Of a stretch of DNA of 64,000 nt, positions 28,598 through 38,096 are shown one piece after another; the first letter of the stretch is position 1, and each line of letters opens with the position of its first letter. Source of the stretch: Vulcanimicrobiota bacterium (GTDB lineage Bacteria > Vulcanimicrobiota > Vulcanimicrobiia > Vulcanimicrobiales > Vulcanimicrobiaceae); contig CAVZQC010000003.1 of NCBI GenBank assembly GCA_963777315.1, forward strand, positions 32,001 to 96,000. Direction: 5' to 3'. A program made the position numbers and the translations under genes. Under the pieces are notes generated by a model. It was not told the origin of the DNA, ran no database searches, and was given only the letters and a program-made list of their open reading frames with translations.

Positions 28598-30279
28598 TCA
28601 GCGGCTCCGCTCGGGACGATTTGCGTAGCTGAATATTGGCCGCATTGTCAGCCATGCGTAACCCGCCCCCGCTCGATGTGCTAGCGCCTGCAGTGTATCG
28701 ATTTCTTCGGGAATATAGTGCGTGTGGTCGGTCTTCGGCCCACAAACGATAAACCCAACCAAGTGAGTGCGTGCCGTCATCGGAAGCATGAGCGCCGCCC
28801 GCAAGGGGTGCTGCGGTGCATCGCATTCGAAGGGCTCGCTCCAGCGGCGTAGTCGCAGCACGGCCAGATCGTTTGCCGACAGTATCTCCGGCGTGCCCTG
28901 CACAATCGGGTGCGACTGTACGAACGTCGCGCCGTCTGCGGTGAAGATTGCGACGTATTGCGACTCGAGGCGCATGCGAAGCGTTTGAAGGGTTTGCGCG
29001 AGCAGCTGGCCTGGGTCGCTTATGAGATCCACCTCATGAGTGAAACGGCGGATAGCGGCCAGTGCAAGCGCCTGCGCGTGAAAGATGATGCGGTTCAAGG
29101 CCCGTTCGATATATTTGTGCATGCTCGTAATCGAAAAGCCCAGCGCAAGCGCTAAGGCGACTTCCGCGACGATGTGGAAGCGCGAATGCTCGAGCCACTT
29201 CCCGAAAGCCCAATCTGCTAACGCAAGGATGCCGATCGTTAACGTCGTCATGAAACCGAAGACAAGAGCACGGCTCACGACGAAGCGAATATCGAACAAC
29301 CGGTGCTTAAGGATCGTGTATGCCAGGGCAACAGGAGCAACAATGAGCCACGCCTGAGTGAGATTTGCGACCGATAACGAAAGTAAACGTCCCGCCGCGT
29401 TTTCAACAGCGGTAAAGAAAACGTAGGGCAAAAAGGCGATTGCGAAAGCGGAGATGGCCCACCGTAGGCGCGTCCGTTCGTCTTGTTCCGAACGCGTATA
29501 CCTGAAAATCAATACGGCAATGCCCGGCACGTAAAGCGCGGCGATGGCTATTTGAATGTCGCTGGTGAGCGCTTGCGGATAACGTATGCCGATTAAGCTC
29601 GCGCCGCTGCAGATATTTGCTAGAGCAAGGACCGGCGCGACAGCGAACCAGAGTATTCGCTCGACGCGTTGAGGCAGGCCGGTGGGCTGCGCATTTGGAA
29701 AGCGCAGACCGAACGAAAATAGTGCGAACGGGGCGATCGCCTGCAGTACCGGGATCGTAAAGAAGCTGAAGAGTACAATGAGCCACGGCGGAAAATACTG
29801 GAGTGCCTGATCGCCGTTGTACAAGAAGGAAGAAGAAAATATAAAGAACGACCACGTCGTGGGCATGGGACGCAGCAGTACCAAAGCGGCAGCGATCAGT
29901 GTATACGCCACTAAGGACAAGACAGACTGCAATATCCGTCGCATTCTCGGCAAGAGTTCGTGCCCTCGGATGTGCCACCAGCGTCGCGCTTTTTCCGGAA
30001 AGTAGCGGTAGCACGATGACTTGTCCGGCGTAGCCGACTCCCACGGCGCCTAAGCTTGGTGCGTTCCGCCAGGGTCATCCGAGAGAGGTCGACAGCGTCT
30101 CCCACATGCAAGCCTTGGGCGCGCGCATAGTCGTCGACCGCCGTAACAACCCCGGCGCTATTCGTTCCAAATCCAAAGCTGCTCCAGGGCTGCCATGGAT
30201 CAACGATGTCGGGGGCAGTAAATGCCAATGCGCCGAGCGCCAGAAAGAGGATAACGGAGACTCGCAAAAATGTGCGCAT
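28598..30279 (-). pseudogene. Multi-TM sensor-like membrane protein (PDZ-like N-terminus, TM bundle, C-terminal GAF-like domain) with two frameshifts
   Basis: AGGAG RBS at the 30279 start; coding continues across three frames with shifts near 30050 and 29935. YTILKHRLFDIRFVVSRALVF and LMLPM..LVGFIVCGPK..Y..EE..TL motifs. Confidence 0.7.
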
Positions 30280-30372
30280 AGTCGTCTCTCCTGCGGCTTT
30301 TGCTACGGTTTGGGAGGACACCCCTAGGGCGTGGTCGTCGCGTGCACTGCTCGCAATCGAGTGAGGGTCCGC

Positions 30373-30477
30373 GTACCCGAGGCCGCCGCTCCAATAGGGA
30401 GCGTAACCGTAATACCCGTAATACGGCTTCCAGGACTCGCCGCTCGGGATTTGCGCTAACTTTGGGTCGTATGCAGG
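30373..30477 (-). pseudogene. 3' remnant of a PRC-barrel gene, paralogous to 1250-1354
   Basis: PAYDPKLAQIPSGESWKPYYGYYGYAPYWSGGLGY vs PAYDPKLDEIRNPEFWGPYYGYYGYAPYWGGGLGY, colinear over 105 bp. Confidence 0.85.
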
Positions 30478-30515
30478 ACACTGGACGCAGCCTCGTGGGC
30501 TGCATTGGAGAGATT

Positions 30516-30767
30516 GTGAAACTCGTAAACGCAATAAATGCCCAAGCTCTCAAGCATGCCACGCTGATCGCGGAATCGAACGAGTTTGCGATCTACGATG
30601 TCGGCAATGATACCTACGCGCTCGTGCATCGGCATGCAGCCGTTGAATGGCAAGCCATTACGATCTCGGGCGACGGCCTCTTCCGCGTGCTCGAAATATT
30701 GGCTCAGGCTACCCGCACCTTGTACCGAGATGTCGCGGGTGAGCTTTCAAAGCAACGGCGCTCCTAG
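30516..30767 (+). CDS. Hypothetical 83-aa protein
   Basis: GGAG RBS + GTG. The diverged paralogous remnant at 8184 differs largely at third codon positions, supporting coding status. Confidence 0.75.
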   Translation: MKLVNAINAQALKHATLIAESNEFAIYDVGNDTYALVHRHAAVEWQAITISGDGLFRVLEILAQATRTLYRDVAGELSKQRRS

Positions 30768-30799
30768 CCGAAGCTCGAAGCCGTACTCGGCGACGCGAA

Positions 30800-31981
30800 A
30801 TGTTCTGCACGTTTCTTCTGAGCGCAATACTTACCATCGCGCCCTCCGACGGCTTGCGGGATCGCGCCGTGACGATTGCCGCGCATACGGCGCCGGATCG
30901 TGCGCTGGAGTTCGTTCTGCACCTGCGTGATGCCAACGGCGTCGCTTGGACTTCCCGCGTAGTTGCAGCGACCGACGCGCGCGGCGAGGCCAAGCTCGCC
31001 GAACCCAGGCGCCTTTTCAGCAGCGCGCTGCCATCGGTGGGTACGGCGCCGTTCGCATGGCCGCGGGATCTGCAGCCCGCCACGGGGAGACTCGAGTTAG
31101 TGGAAAACGGTCGCGTCGTCGCGCAACAGCCGCTCGTACGCCGGCAAATCGGCGCCAATGTGATGCGGCAGCGCATCGCCACGTCGCGCGTGTACGGCGA
31201 ATCATTCATTCCGCGCAACGGCACATCGCTGCCCGCCGTCGTCGTTTTGGGAGGATCGGAGGGCGGTTACCCGATCGACATTCCTGCGATGCTGGCCTCC
31301 CATCGGATCGCCGCGCTTTCCAGTGCATATTTCGGGGAACCGGGCTTACCGCAAGACCTCGTGGAAGTTCCAATCGAACGGGTGCGCGACGCGGTGCATT
31401 ACCTCGCCGCCCTGTCTCGAGTCAACCCGCGCAGAATCGCGGTGCTCGGCGTTTCGCGCGGCGGTGAGCTTGCGTTCGTCGCCGCTGCGCATTTTCCCGA
31501 AATTCGCGCCGCCGCCGGCATCGTGCCAAGCCCGATCGTGGAAGCCGGATTGCGCTTCGGAAAAAGTCCGGTGAACGAATCAGCCTGGACGCTCCAAGGG
31601 AAACCGCTGCCGTTCGCATCTTACGCGCAGATCATGGAGTTCATTCGCAGTGGCAACGCCGCGTCGGTCCCAAACGCCGTGATCGATTTTCAGCGCATCA
31701 ACGGCCCCGTCGCAATCATCGCCGGTGCGGACGATCGCCTCGGCCTTTCCGGCCTGCTCTTCAGGCGCACGCTCAACCTGCTTCACCTCCGCGCCGGCGA
31801 TCTGTTCGAGGACTATCGCGGCGCCGGGCACCTCATCGAGATCCCTTACACGCCGACCGCAAATCGCGAAACCCTTAAAACTCCGTACGGAATGCTCCAA
31901 TTCGGCGGCAACCCAGACGCGTACGCAGCGGCCGATGCTCAAAGCTGGCCACTGCTCGTACACTTCTTGTACGCCCACTAA
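30800..31981 (+). CDS. Acyl-CoA thioesterase/BAAT-family alpha/beta hydrolase
   Basis: LGGSEGG, GVSRGGE nucleophile elbow, GADD and Y.GAGH. Confidence 0.85.
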   Translation: MFCTFLLSAILTIAPSDGLRDRAVTIAAHTAPDRALEFVLHLRDANGVAWTSRVVAATDARGEAKLAEPRRLFSSALPSVGTAPFAWPRDLQPATGRLELVENGRVVAQQPLVRRQIGANVMRQRIATSRVYGESFIPRNGTSLPAVVVLGGSEGGYPIDIPAMLASHRIAALSSAYFGEPGLPQDLVEVPIERVRDAVHYLAALSRVNPRRIAVLGVSRGGELAFVAAAHFPEIRAAAGIVPSPIVEAGLRFGKSPVNESAWTLQGKPLPFASYAQIMEFIRSGNAASVPNAVIDFQRINGPVAIIAGADDRLGLSGLLFRRTLNLLHLRAGDLFEDYRGAGHLIEIPYTPTANRETLKTPYGMLQFGGNPDAYAAADAQSWPLLVHFLYAH

Positions 31982-32118
31982 TTGGTTCTTCGGGGGTTGC
32001 GGCCGCATTGAGTGAAGTCGATGCACTATAGAGCGGTCCCTCGATGGGGTTAAGGTGTTCGTGGAACGGGAATGGGCTCGAAAACGCTGCAGCGTCACGC
32101 ACCCGGAAAGGAGTTTGT

Positions 32119-32571
32119 ATGCCCACGAGAACGGCAAAAGCGCAATGGTCCGGAGAAGTTAAGACCGGCAGAGGAACGATCGAACTTGGAAGTGGCGCGT
32201 TCTCCGGCACGTATTCGTTCGGAACGCGCTTCGAAAACGAACCAGGGACAAATCCGGAAGAACTTATTGCTGCATCACACGCCGGCTGCTTTAGCATGGC
32301 GCTCTCGCTGATGCTCGGAAAAGGCGGGTATGTACCGAAAACGATTGACACAGCCGCAAAGGTGACGATCGAAGCTCAAGGAGAGGGCTTCGCAATCACG
32401 CGCAGCGAGCTTTCTACCGTCGCTGACGTGCCCGGTATCGGCGAGGAGGAGTTTCAGCGTTTCGCAAATGCGGCGAAGGACGGGTGCCCTGTTTCAAAAG
32501 CGTTGGCCGGAATTGCGATCTCGCTCGATGCGAAACTTGCAACCTCGCGGAATGCGGATCTGCGCCGCTAA
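32119..32571 (+). CDS. osmC: OsmC peroxiredoxin
   Basis: GTNPEELIAASHAGCFSMAL and CPVSKAL; AAGGAG RBS. Confidence 0.95.
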   Translation: MPTRTAKAQWSGEVKTGRGTIELGSGAFSGTYSFGTRFENEPGTNPEELIAASHAGCFSMALSLMLGKGGYVPKTIDTAAKVTIEAQGEGFAITRSELSTVADVPGIGEEEFQRFANAAKDGCPVSKALAGIAISLDAKLATSRNADLRR

Positions 32572-32589
32572 CAGCGCGAGCGCATCGCT

Positions 32590-34050
32590 TTACGCGCTTA
32601 CCGTGGAGGCCGACTCAGCTTCATTGGAAGCCGCACTGCGCGCAATATACGCCTTGAGCTGCGCGCCGAATTCCCCGAAAATCGTGACTTGGGAGAGATC
32701 GATGGGCGTGAGCGGCAACTGTAGGCGTAGCGCATCGCGGCCGCCCATAGCCCACGGAATGACGCTGCAGAAGAAGAACCCCAACGCCTCGACGGCATCG
32801 CAAACCTGCGGCGTGCCCGGATCTTCGAGCGGCAGGTTCACGTAGACCGCTCCCACATGCCCCAGCACACGGATATCCGCGAGCGCTTGCGTTATTTGCT
32901 GCACGGTCGCGCTGCAGGCTCTAACCACGTCGATGGCGGCAAAACCTTCGCTGCGGGAAACCTCGATGTGCAGATCGCCGGTAGCCGTCGCAGCGCTGCC
33001 TTCGCGCACGTCGACCGGGAAACCGAGATTACCGTAAATCGTAGCGATCATTTCGCGGTGGCGCGGCGGCGCATAAATCGTACGCGATTCGCGCGCCTTT
33101 AGCGGTTTGATGTAGATCGTAAAACTTTGCCGCTGACCGGCGCCCGTATACTGCATTTGCTTGGGGGTGAAGTCCGCCGGATCGCCGCCAAGCACGATGC
33201 CGCAGAGGCGCGCGCCGATTTTAGCGCTGTCTTCTTGCGTGCGCGGATGCGTGGTCACCGGCTCGGTGTAGAATGCGCCGAAACCCAGCCGCACGGCCTC
33301 GTCTTCGGCAAACTGACGCAACCGTTCGAGCAGGCCGCGCCCCCGATGCGCGGGCGAAACGATAGCAGCGCACCCGTCGACCAGCGGCGTTCCGGGCAGC
33401 GGATCGAGCGCGAAGTGTCCGACGATTTCGCCGTCTTCGGCTACCGCTACGATCGATATGTACGCATTTGCGCTATTCAGCTCGACGAGCCGCTTGGGTA
33501 CGTAGACCGAGGGAAAGATGTAGCGATACCCCCACGTTTGGTAGAACGCGCGCGCAACGCCGGGCGCATCTTCGGGTTGAAAGCGCCGTATCACGTATTG
33601 CTGCTGCGGTGCGAGCGGTACGGTCGCTTCGCGGGGCGGCTCTGCGCCGACGTCGGCGATACCGTGCGGGCGTTGCAGCGTGAGCCGAAGTTCGCTTCCC
33701 GCTCGGCCGTGCAGCTTCCACTGCGCGCTGTCGACGCGTTCGAGGATGTTCTCCCAACTCGGGTCGCGGCGCGCGTTGCCGTCGTCGAGCGGCAAGCCTC
33801 GCTCCAGCAGGCAGATCTGCAATTCTTGCGGCGTCCAAACCGCGCGCACGTGAATCGGCTCGCGTTCACCGGCCATGGCATCGCGCACGATGAGTTCGAA
33901 CCCCAACCGCGCCGCATCGGCGATCTTGGTGCAGTGCGCTTGGTCGAACTCTGCGCGCGAAGCGGCATCGCCGGCTATATAGGCGGCGAGCGTGGCGTAG
34001 CCGGCTTCCGGCGGAAGCCGCACATCGATAACGTGCTCGATATCGGCCAT
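32590..34050 (-). CDS. Fusion of a degenerate anti-sigma/HATPase-like domain and a GNAT acetyltransferase
   Basis: N-terminal ELIVRDA...ERGLPLD...VDSAQW..HGRAGSELRL; GNAT IRRFQPEDA and VSPAHRGRGLL. Confidence 0.7.
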   Translation of the reverse strand: MADIEHVIDVRLPPEAGYATLAAYIAGDAASRAEFDQAHCTKIADAARLGFELIVRDAMAGEREPIHVRAVWTPQELQICLLERGLPLDDGNARRDPSWENILERVDSAQWKLHGRAGSELRLTLQRPHGIADVGAEPPREATVPLAPQQQYVIRRFQPEDAPGVARAFYQTWGYRYIFPSVYVPKRLVELNSANAYISIVAVAEDGEIVGHFALDPLPGTPLVDGCAAIVSPAHRGRGLLERLRQFAEDEAVRLGFGAFYTEPVTTHPRTQEDSAKIGARLCGIVLGGDPADFTPKQMQYTGAGQRQSFTIYIKPLKARESRTIYAPPRHREMIATIYGNLGFPVDVREGSAATATGDLHIEVSRSEGFAAIDVVRACSATVQQITQALADIRVLGHVGAVYVNLPLEDPGTPQVCDAVEALGFFFCSVIPWAMGGRDALRLQLPLTPIDLSQVTIFGEFGAQLKAYIARSAASNEAESASTVSA

Positions 34051-34094
34051 ACGGCACAGTTCGACCGGCGCGTACGCAGCTCCGGCGGGGACGA

Positions 34095-34525
34095 CTATGG
34101 CGATCCCAGCCAGGGATTGGTAACGCTAACCCCTATGTTCTTGAAGTTCTTTTCATTGCGCGTCACGACGCTTAAGTTCCGCTCGAGCGCCGTTGCGGCG
34201 ACCAATGAGTCCATCGCGCTGGGCGTAATTCTTCTTTGCTGCAGTGTTGCTACTAATCGGCCCCACCGGTCGGCCACGCCGGCGTCGAATGCCAGGATGC
34301 GACCGGCAAACTGGTCGCGATATCGTTAGTCAGCCACGATTCCAAGGTTGCCTTTTTCGCCGCGTCGTTGCAGCACTCGATTCCCTTGCGGAGTTCGCCG
34401 AGTGTCACAACGCTGATGTAGACCTGCAGCGGGTCCACAGTGCGCATCCAACCCGCCAATCCGCCGTCTGGGCGCTTTTTCACGACTTCAGAAACAGCGC
34501 AGGTGTCCATGAGGAACCCGCTCAG
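34095..34525 (-). pseudogene. vapC: VapC/PIN toxin with a one-base frameshift
   Basis: SGFLMDTCAVSE, SVVTLGELRKG, DSLVAATA and VTRNEKNF. A missing base near 34320 interrupts ND(I)RDQFAGRILAFD. Confidence 0.85.
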
Positions 34526-34755
34526 AGGTCGACCTCACGTAGCGCGCCCGGCAGACGCTCGAGATCCAGATCGACGCCGACGAGCGGCGACGAACGGAAA
34601 AACTCGAAAAGATTTTGTTTTGGGCGGACGGCATTGAAAAGGGTATCGTACGAGATGACGACGACGGCGTCTTTGCCATGCTTGGTTACGCATTGCGGAT
34701 TGCCCTCGAGCGCGCGTTGCACTACCTCGCTGAATTGCGACTTGGCATCCTGCAA
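34522..34755 (-). CDS. Phd/YefM-family antitoxin (true start uncertain, possibly upstream near 34897)
   Basis: WQLQDAKSQFSEVVQRALEGNPQCVTKHGKDAVVV; stop overlaps the toxin start. Confidence 0.85.
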   Translation of the reverse strand: MQDAKSQFSEVVQRALEGNPQCVTKHGKDAVVVISYDTLFNAVRPKQNLFEFFRSSPLVGVDLDLERLPGALREVDL

Positions 34756-34910
34756 TTGCCAGCGCGCGCACCTTCCGGGAGCGACAGCGCTCCAAAGCGC
34801 CGAGAGCAGCGCATTCGTATGGAACTCGCTGCCACGAATAGACTCGCTGCCACGCTGCCGGCGTGCGGCGCGACGCAGCCCGCGCTTGCTTTTCCACTGT
34901 GGTGATTCTC

Positions 34911-34954
34911 CTAGACTGTCTAGTCAGTATACCCAGTTGACCGCGCCTCAGCAA
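34911..34954 (-). promoter_or_regulatory. Sigma70-type promoter and operator of the TA operon
   Basis: TTGCTG-17-TATACT on the minus strand; palindrome CTAGAC-T-GTCTAG at 34911-34923 just downstream. Confidence 0.65.
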
Positions 34955-34989
34955 GGCCCAACCGGTCGGTGCATTTTTACGGCCGCCCC

Positions 34990-35025
34990 TTGACATTCGC
35001 CAAAAATATAACTATATAGTTATAT
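34990..35025 (+). promoter_or_regulatory. Sigma70 promoter with overlapping 20-bp palindromic operator (likely ArsR-family site)
   Basis: TTGACA 34990-34995, 17 bp, TATATA; perfect palindrome ATATAACTATATAGTTATAT at 35006-35025. Confidence 0.8.
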
Positions 35026-35053
35026 AACCAAACGGTAAAACGAAGGAGCCTCT

Positions 35054-35425
35054 ATGAACGCCACCGCCATCCGCATCAAAGGCATGGACCTCAGCGGCTA
35101 CATGGTTAAAGACGCACCCCGCGCCATCGCGTTCTACCGCGACGTCGTCGGCCTCGAGCCCACTCGCATATACACCCAAGATCGCGGCGCGGAATACGAT
35201 CTCCCCGACGGTACCACGTTCGGTCTATGGGGCGGCGGCGGCCCCATTCCGTTTCAGCCCAGCAACGGCGTGCTGTTCGCGGTGGACGACCTCGACCACA
35301 CCGCGGCCGTGCTGCAGGCCAAAGGCATCCCGGCCGTCTTCCAAACCGAAACGCCCTCTTGCCGCATGCTCGCCGTGCACGATACCGAGGGCAACAGCGT
35401 CTTTTTTCACCAGCGCAAATCGTGA
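35054..35425 (+). CDS. VOC/glyoxalase family protein
   Basis: AIAFYRDVVGL, FAVDDLD and DTEGN motifs; AAGGAG RBS. Confidence 0.88.
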   Translation: MNATAIRIKGMDLSGYMVKDAPRAIAFYRDVVGLEPTRIYTQDRGAEYDLPDGTTFGLWGGGGPIPFQPSNGVLFAVDDLDHTAAVLQAKGIPAVFQTETPSCRMLAVHDTEGNSVFFHQRKS

Positions 35426-35757
35426 GCGCGAATCTCGATGCGGTTTTCGGTGCACTCGCCGATCCCACGCGCCGGCGCATCGTCGAACGGCTCGCGCGCC
35501 GGCCGCTCACCGTCGGCCAGATTGCGGGGGAGTTCCCGCTCTCTCAGCCGGCAATTTCCAAACACGTGCGCGTGCTCGAAGAATCCGGGTTGCTGCGGCG
35601 CAGCATCGAAGGCCGCGTGCATTACTGCAGTTTGGCTCCTGAAACAATGCAACACGTATTAAAATGGCTCGAGCGGCAGCGCCGCTACTGGAACGGCGCG
35701 CTCGATCGGCTCGAAATCATTCTCAAAGAATCATCCGACGAAAAGAGCAAACGATGA
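35422..35757 (+). CDS. ArsR/SmtB family transcriptional regulator
   Basis: FGALADPTRRRIVERL..SQPAISKHVRVLEESGL. Confidence 0.93.
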   Translation: MSANLDAVFGALADPTRRRIVERLARRPLTVGQIAGEFPLSQPAISKHVRVLEESGLLRRSIEGRVHYCSLAPETMQHVLKWLERQRRYWNGALDRLEIILKESSDEKSKR

Positions 35758-36203
35758 CGCAAACAACAGTCCCGGCGCTGGTGATCCGCCGCACCTACGA
35801 CGCCGCGCCCGAACGCGTCTACGCCGCTTGGACCGATCCCTCGATCGCCAAACACTTTCTTGGTCCAGGCGAAGTCTGCGCACAAGAAGTCGAGATGGAT
35901 GTGCGCGCGGGCGGCACGTACCGCATCGCGATGCGGCGCCCGCAAGGCGATGTGTGGACGGTCGTCGGCGAGTACCGCGAAGTCGTCCCTAACCGCCGCT
36001 TGAGCATGACGTGGCGCTGGCTGGAAGACGACCCGGCCGACGAACGAGAAACGCTGCTCACGCTCGAATTCAATCCCGACGGCGCGGGAACCGAACTTGT
36101 TCTGACGCACGAGTGTTTGGCAACGCAAGAGTCGCGCGACGGACACGGCGACGGCTGGAACGCCATCCTTTCACAGTTTTCAGAATTGATGAGGAACGCA
36201 TGA
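35754..36203 (+). CDS. SRPBCC/AHSA1 domain protein
   Basis: IRRTYDAAPERVYAAWTDP, MDVRAGG, GEYREV and H.DGW. Confidence 0.9.
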   Translation: MTQTTVPALVIRRTYDAAPERVYAAWTDPSIAKHFLGPGEVCAQEVEMDVRAGGTYRIAMRRPQGDVWTVVGEYREVVPNRRLSMTWRWLEDDPADERETLLTLEFNPDGAGTELVLTHECLATQESRDGHGDGWNAILSQFSELMRNA

Positions 36204-36652
36204 ACCAAGCAACACTCCCCGCGGTGGTCATCCGCCGCACCTTCGACGCATCGCCGCAGCGCGTATTCGCGGCCTGGACGGGCAAGGAATTCGCAGAAAT
36301 GATTTGCCCTCAAGACGTTACGCTGCAAGACCTGCAGATGGACGTGCGCCAGGGCGGTTCGTACAAGATGGACTTGCTCATGTCCGACGGCGACGTTTGG
36401 ACGCTGCACGGCGATTACCGCGAGGTCACTCCGCCGCACCGGTTAGTCATGACATGGAGCTGGATCGAAGACGATCCCAAAGACGCACAAGAAACGCTGC
36501 TCACCGTCAAGCTCACCCCGCAAGGCGGCGGCACCGCGCTCGAACTGCGTCACGAACTGTTCGTGCGCGAAGACTCGCGGGCATCGCACGAAGCGGGCTG
36601 GACGGAATGTCTGGACAAACTCGCCGCTAAACTGGTTGCCGGCAGCCCGTAG
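36200..36652 (+). CDS. SRPBCC/AHSA1 domain protein (tandem paralog)
   Basis: IRRTFDASPQRVFAAWT, MDVRQGG and HEAGWTECLDKL. Confidence 0.9.
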   Translation: MNQATLPAVVIRRTFDASPQRVFAAWTGKEFAEMICPQDVTLQDLQMDVRQGGSYKMDLLMSDGDVWTLHGDYREVTPPHRLVMTWSWIEDDPKDAQETLLTVKLTPQGGGTALELRHELFVREDSRASHEAGWTECLDKLAAKLVAGSP

Positions 36653-36655
36653 TCG

Positions 36656-36805
36656 ATGAAGCGATCGTATGTCGGCATCGGTGTCGCGCTGGGCGTCGGA
36701 ATCGGTCTAGCGATCGGCACTGCGGTCGGGAACCCGTCCGCCGGCCTTGCTCTCGGCGCCGGCATCGGCGTCGCAATCGGGACGGCCCTGAGCGGCCGCA
36801 GATGA
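36656..36805 (+). CDS. 49-aa glycine-zipper membrane peptide
   Basis: MKRSYVGIGVALGVGIGLAIGTAVGNPSAGLALGAGIGVAIGTALSGRR; starts 3 bp after the SRPBCC stop. Confidence 0.7.
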   Translation: MKRSYVGIGVALGVGIGLAIGTAVGNPSAGLALGAGIGVAIGTALSGRR

Positions 36806-38032
36806 AGCATCGTCATCCGCACCCGCGCCCGCGCGGAAACGGCCGAGCGCAAACGCGGATCCCACCGCCAAGGCCGGCAAAACGCCGATGAGACGCGCGC
36901 TCGCGCCCACGATCGCGGTACCGATCGCGGGCGCGAGAATGAGTGCGATGCTGTTGACCGAGTCGCTCACGCCCATGATCGCTCCACGCTCGTCCTTGGG
37001 AGCCCGTTCGGAAAGTATGGTCATGAGCGTGGGCTCTACCATCGCAGCGCCGGCCGCCCATAGGACCAAGACCGGAAAAAACCACGCCAAGTTCTGCACG
37101 AAATAGATCAGAGCGTACGAAGCGAACAGCAGCAGAAACCCGATCTGGCCCACGCGTACGTTGCCGATGCGCTTGGTCAGCGGCGTAACGACCAGCAGCA
37201 TCGTTATTCCGCCCACTATTCCCGCCCCCGCGAGCAGCCAACTCGAATGTTGAATGCTTTGGTGCAGCGCGTGATCCAAGTAGAGCGCGAAGTCGGCCAG
37301 TAAGTAAACGACGGCGAAGATGAACAGAAATTGCCGGAAGAGCACGCGGCGCACCCCGGGCTTCCAGGCGGCCCGCAGCGATTTTTGGATGCTGGTGCTT
37401 TCGCGCTTGGCGCGCGTACGCGAGGGAAGCAGCCAAAACGTCAGGCCGATGTTGAGCACTTCCAAGCCGGCTGCCACGAAGAATGGAAACTGCAGCCCGT
37501 ACCGCTGCAAGAACCCCGCCGCGACGGGCCCGACAATGAAGGCCGAACCGAACACGGCCCCGTAAATCGTGTACGCGCGATTGCGCTGGCGTTCGTTCGT
37601 AACGTCCGCGATGTACGACTCGGCCGCGCCGATGCTGCCGGCTCCGACTCCCGAAATCAGTCGCGAGATGTACACCCAGAACAGCGAACCGGCAAGGGCC
37701 AGAATCGTGTATCCGACCAGCGTAAAGCATTGGGCGATCAGGATGATGAATTTGCGGCCGGCCCGATCGCTGGCTTTGCCCCATATCGGCGCGGCGATCG
37801 TCGCGCAGAACGCCGGAATGCTCAGCAGCATTCCGACCATCCAGTCGTGCGCGCCGTACTTGTGCGCCAGTGCCGGCAGCAGCGGTATGAGCAGCGTGTA
37901 CCCCAGCATGTCCACGAACGTGGTCAGGTAGATCGGCAGCAGGTCTTTTGGAAGATTGACTATCGGGATCTCGCCCGCTGTGGAGCCCGCCTCGGATACC
38001 GATGTTGCTGCTTGTGCCACGCTGTGGGGCAT
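36707..38032 (-). CDS. MFS transporter, TetA/DHA1-like
   Basis: FVDMLG, WGKASDRAGRK (motif A), SYIADVT and FIVGP. Start uncertain. Confidence 0.9.
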   Translation of the reverse strand: MPHSVAQAATSVSEAGSTAGEIPIVNLPKDLLPIYLTTFVDMLGYTLLIPLLPALAHKYGAHDWMVGMLLSIPAFCATIAAPIWGKASDRAGRKFIILIAQCFTLVGYTILALAGSLFWVYISRLISGVGAGSIGAAESYIADVTNERQRNRAYTIYGAVFGSAFIVGPVAAGFLQRYGLQFPFFVAAGLEVLNIGLTFWLLPSRTRAKRESTSIQKSLRAAWKPGVRRVLFRQFLFIFAVVYLLADFALYLDHALHQSIQHSSWLLAGAGIVGGITMLLVVTPLTKRIGNVRVGQIGFLLLFASYALIYFVQNLAWFFPVLVLWAAGAAMVEPTLMTILSERAPKDERGAIMGVSDSVNSIALILAPAIGTAIVGASARLIGVLPALAVGSAFALGRFRAGAGADDDASSAAAQGRPDCDADAGAESKAGGRVPDRSADR

Positions 38033-38096
38033 GTACCCGAAAACCCAACCGGCGATCCATGGTATCAATTGCGCTCGGTCGGGGAAGAAAAGCGGC

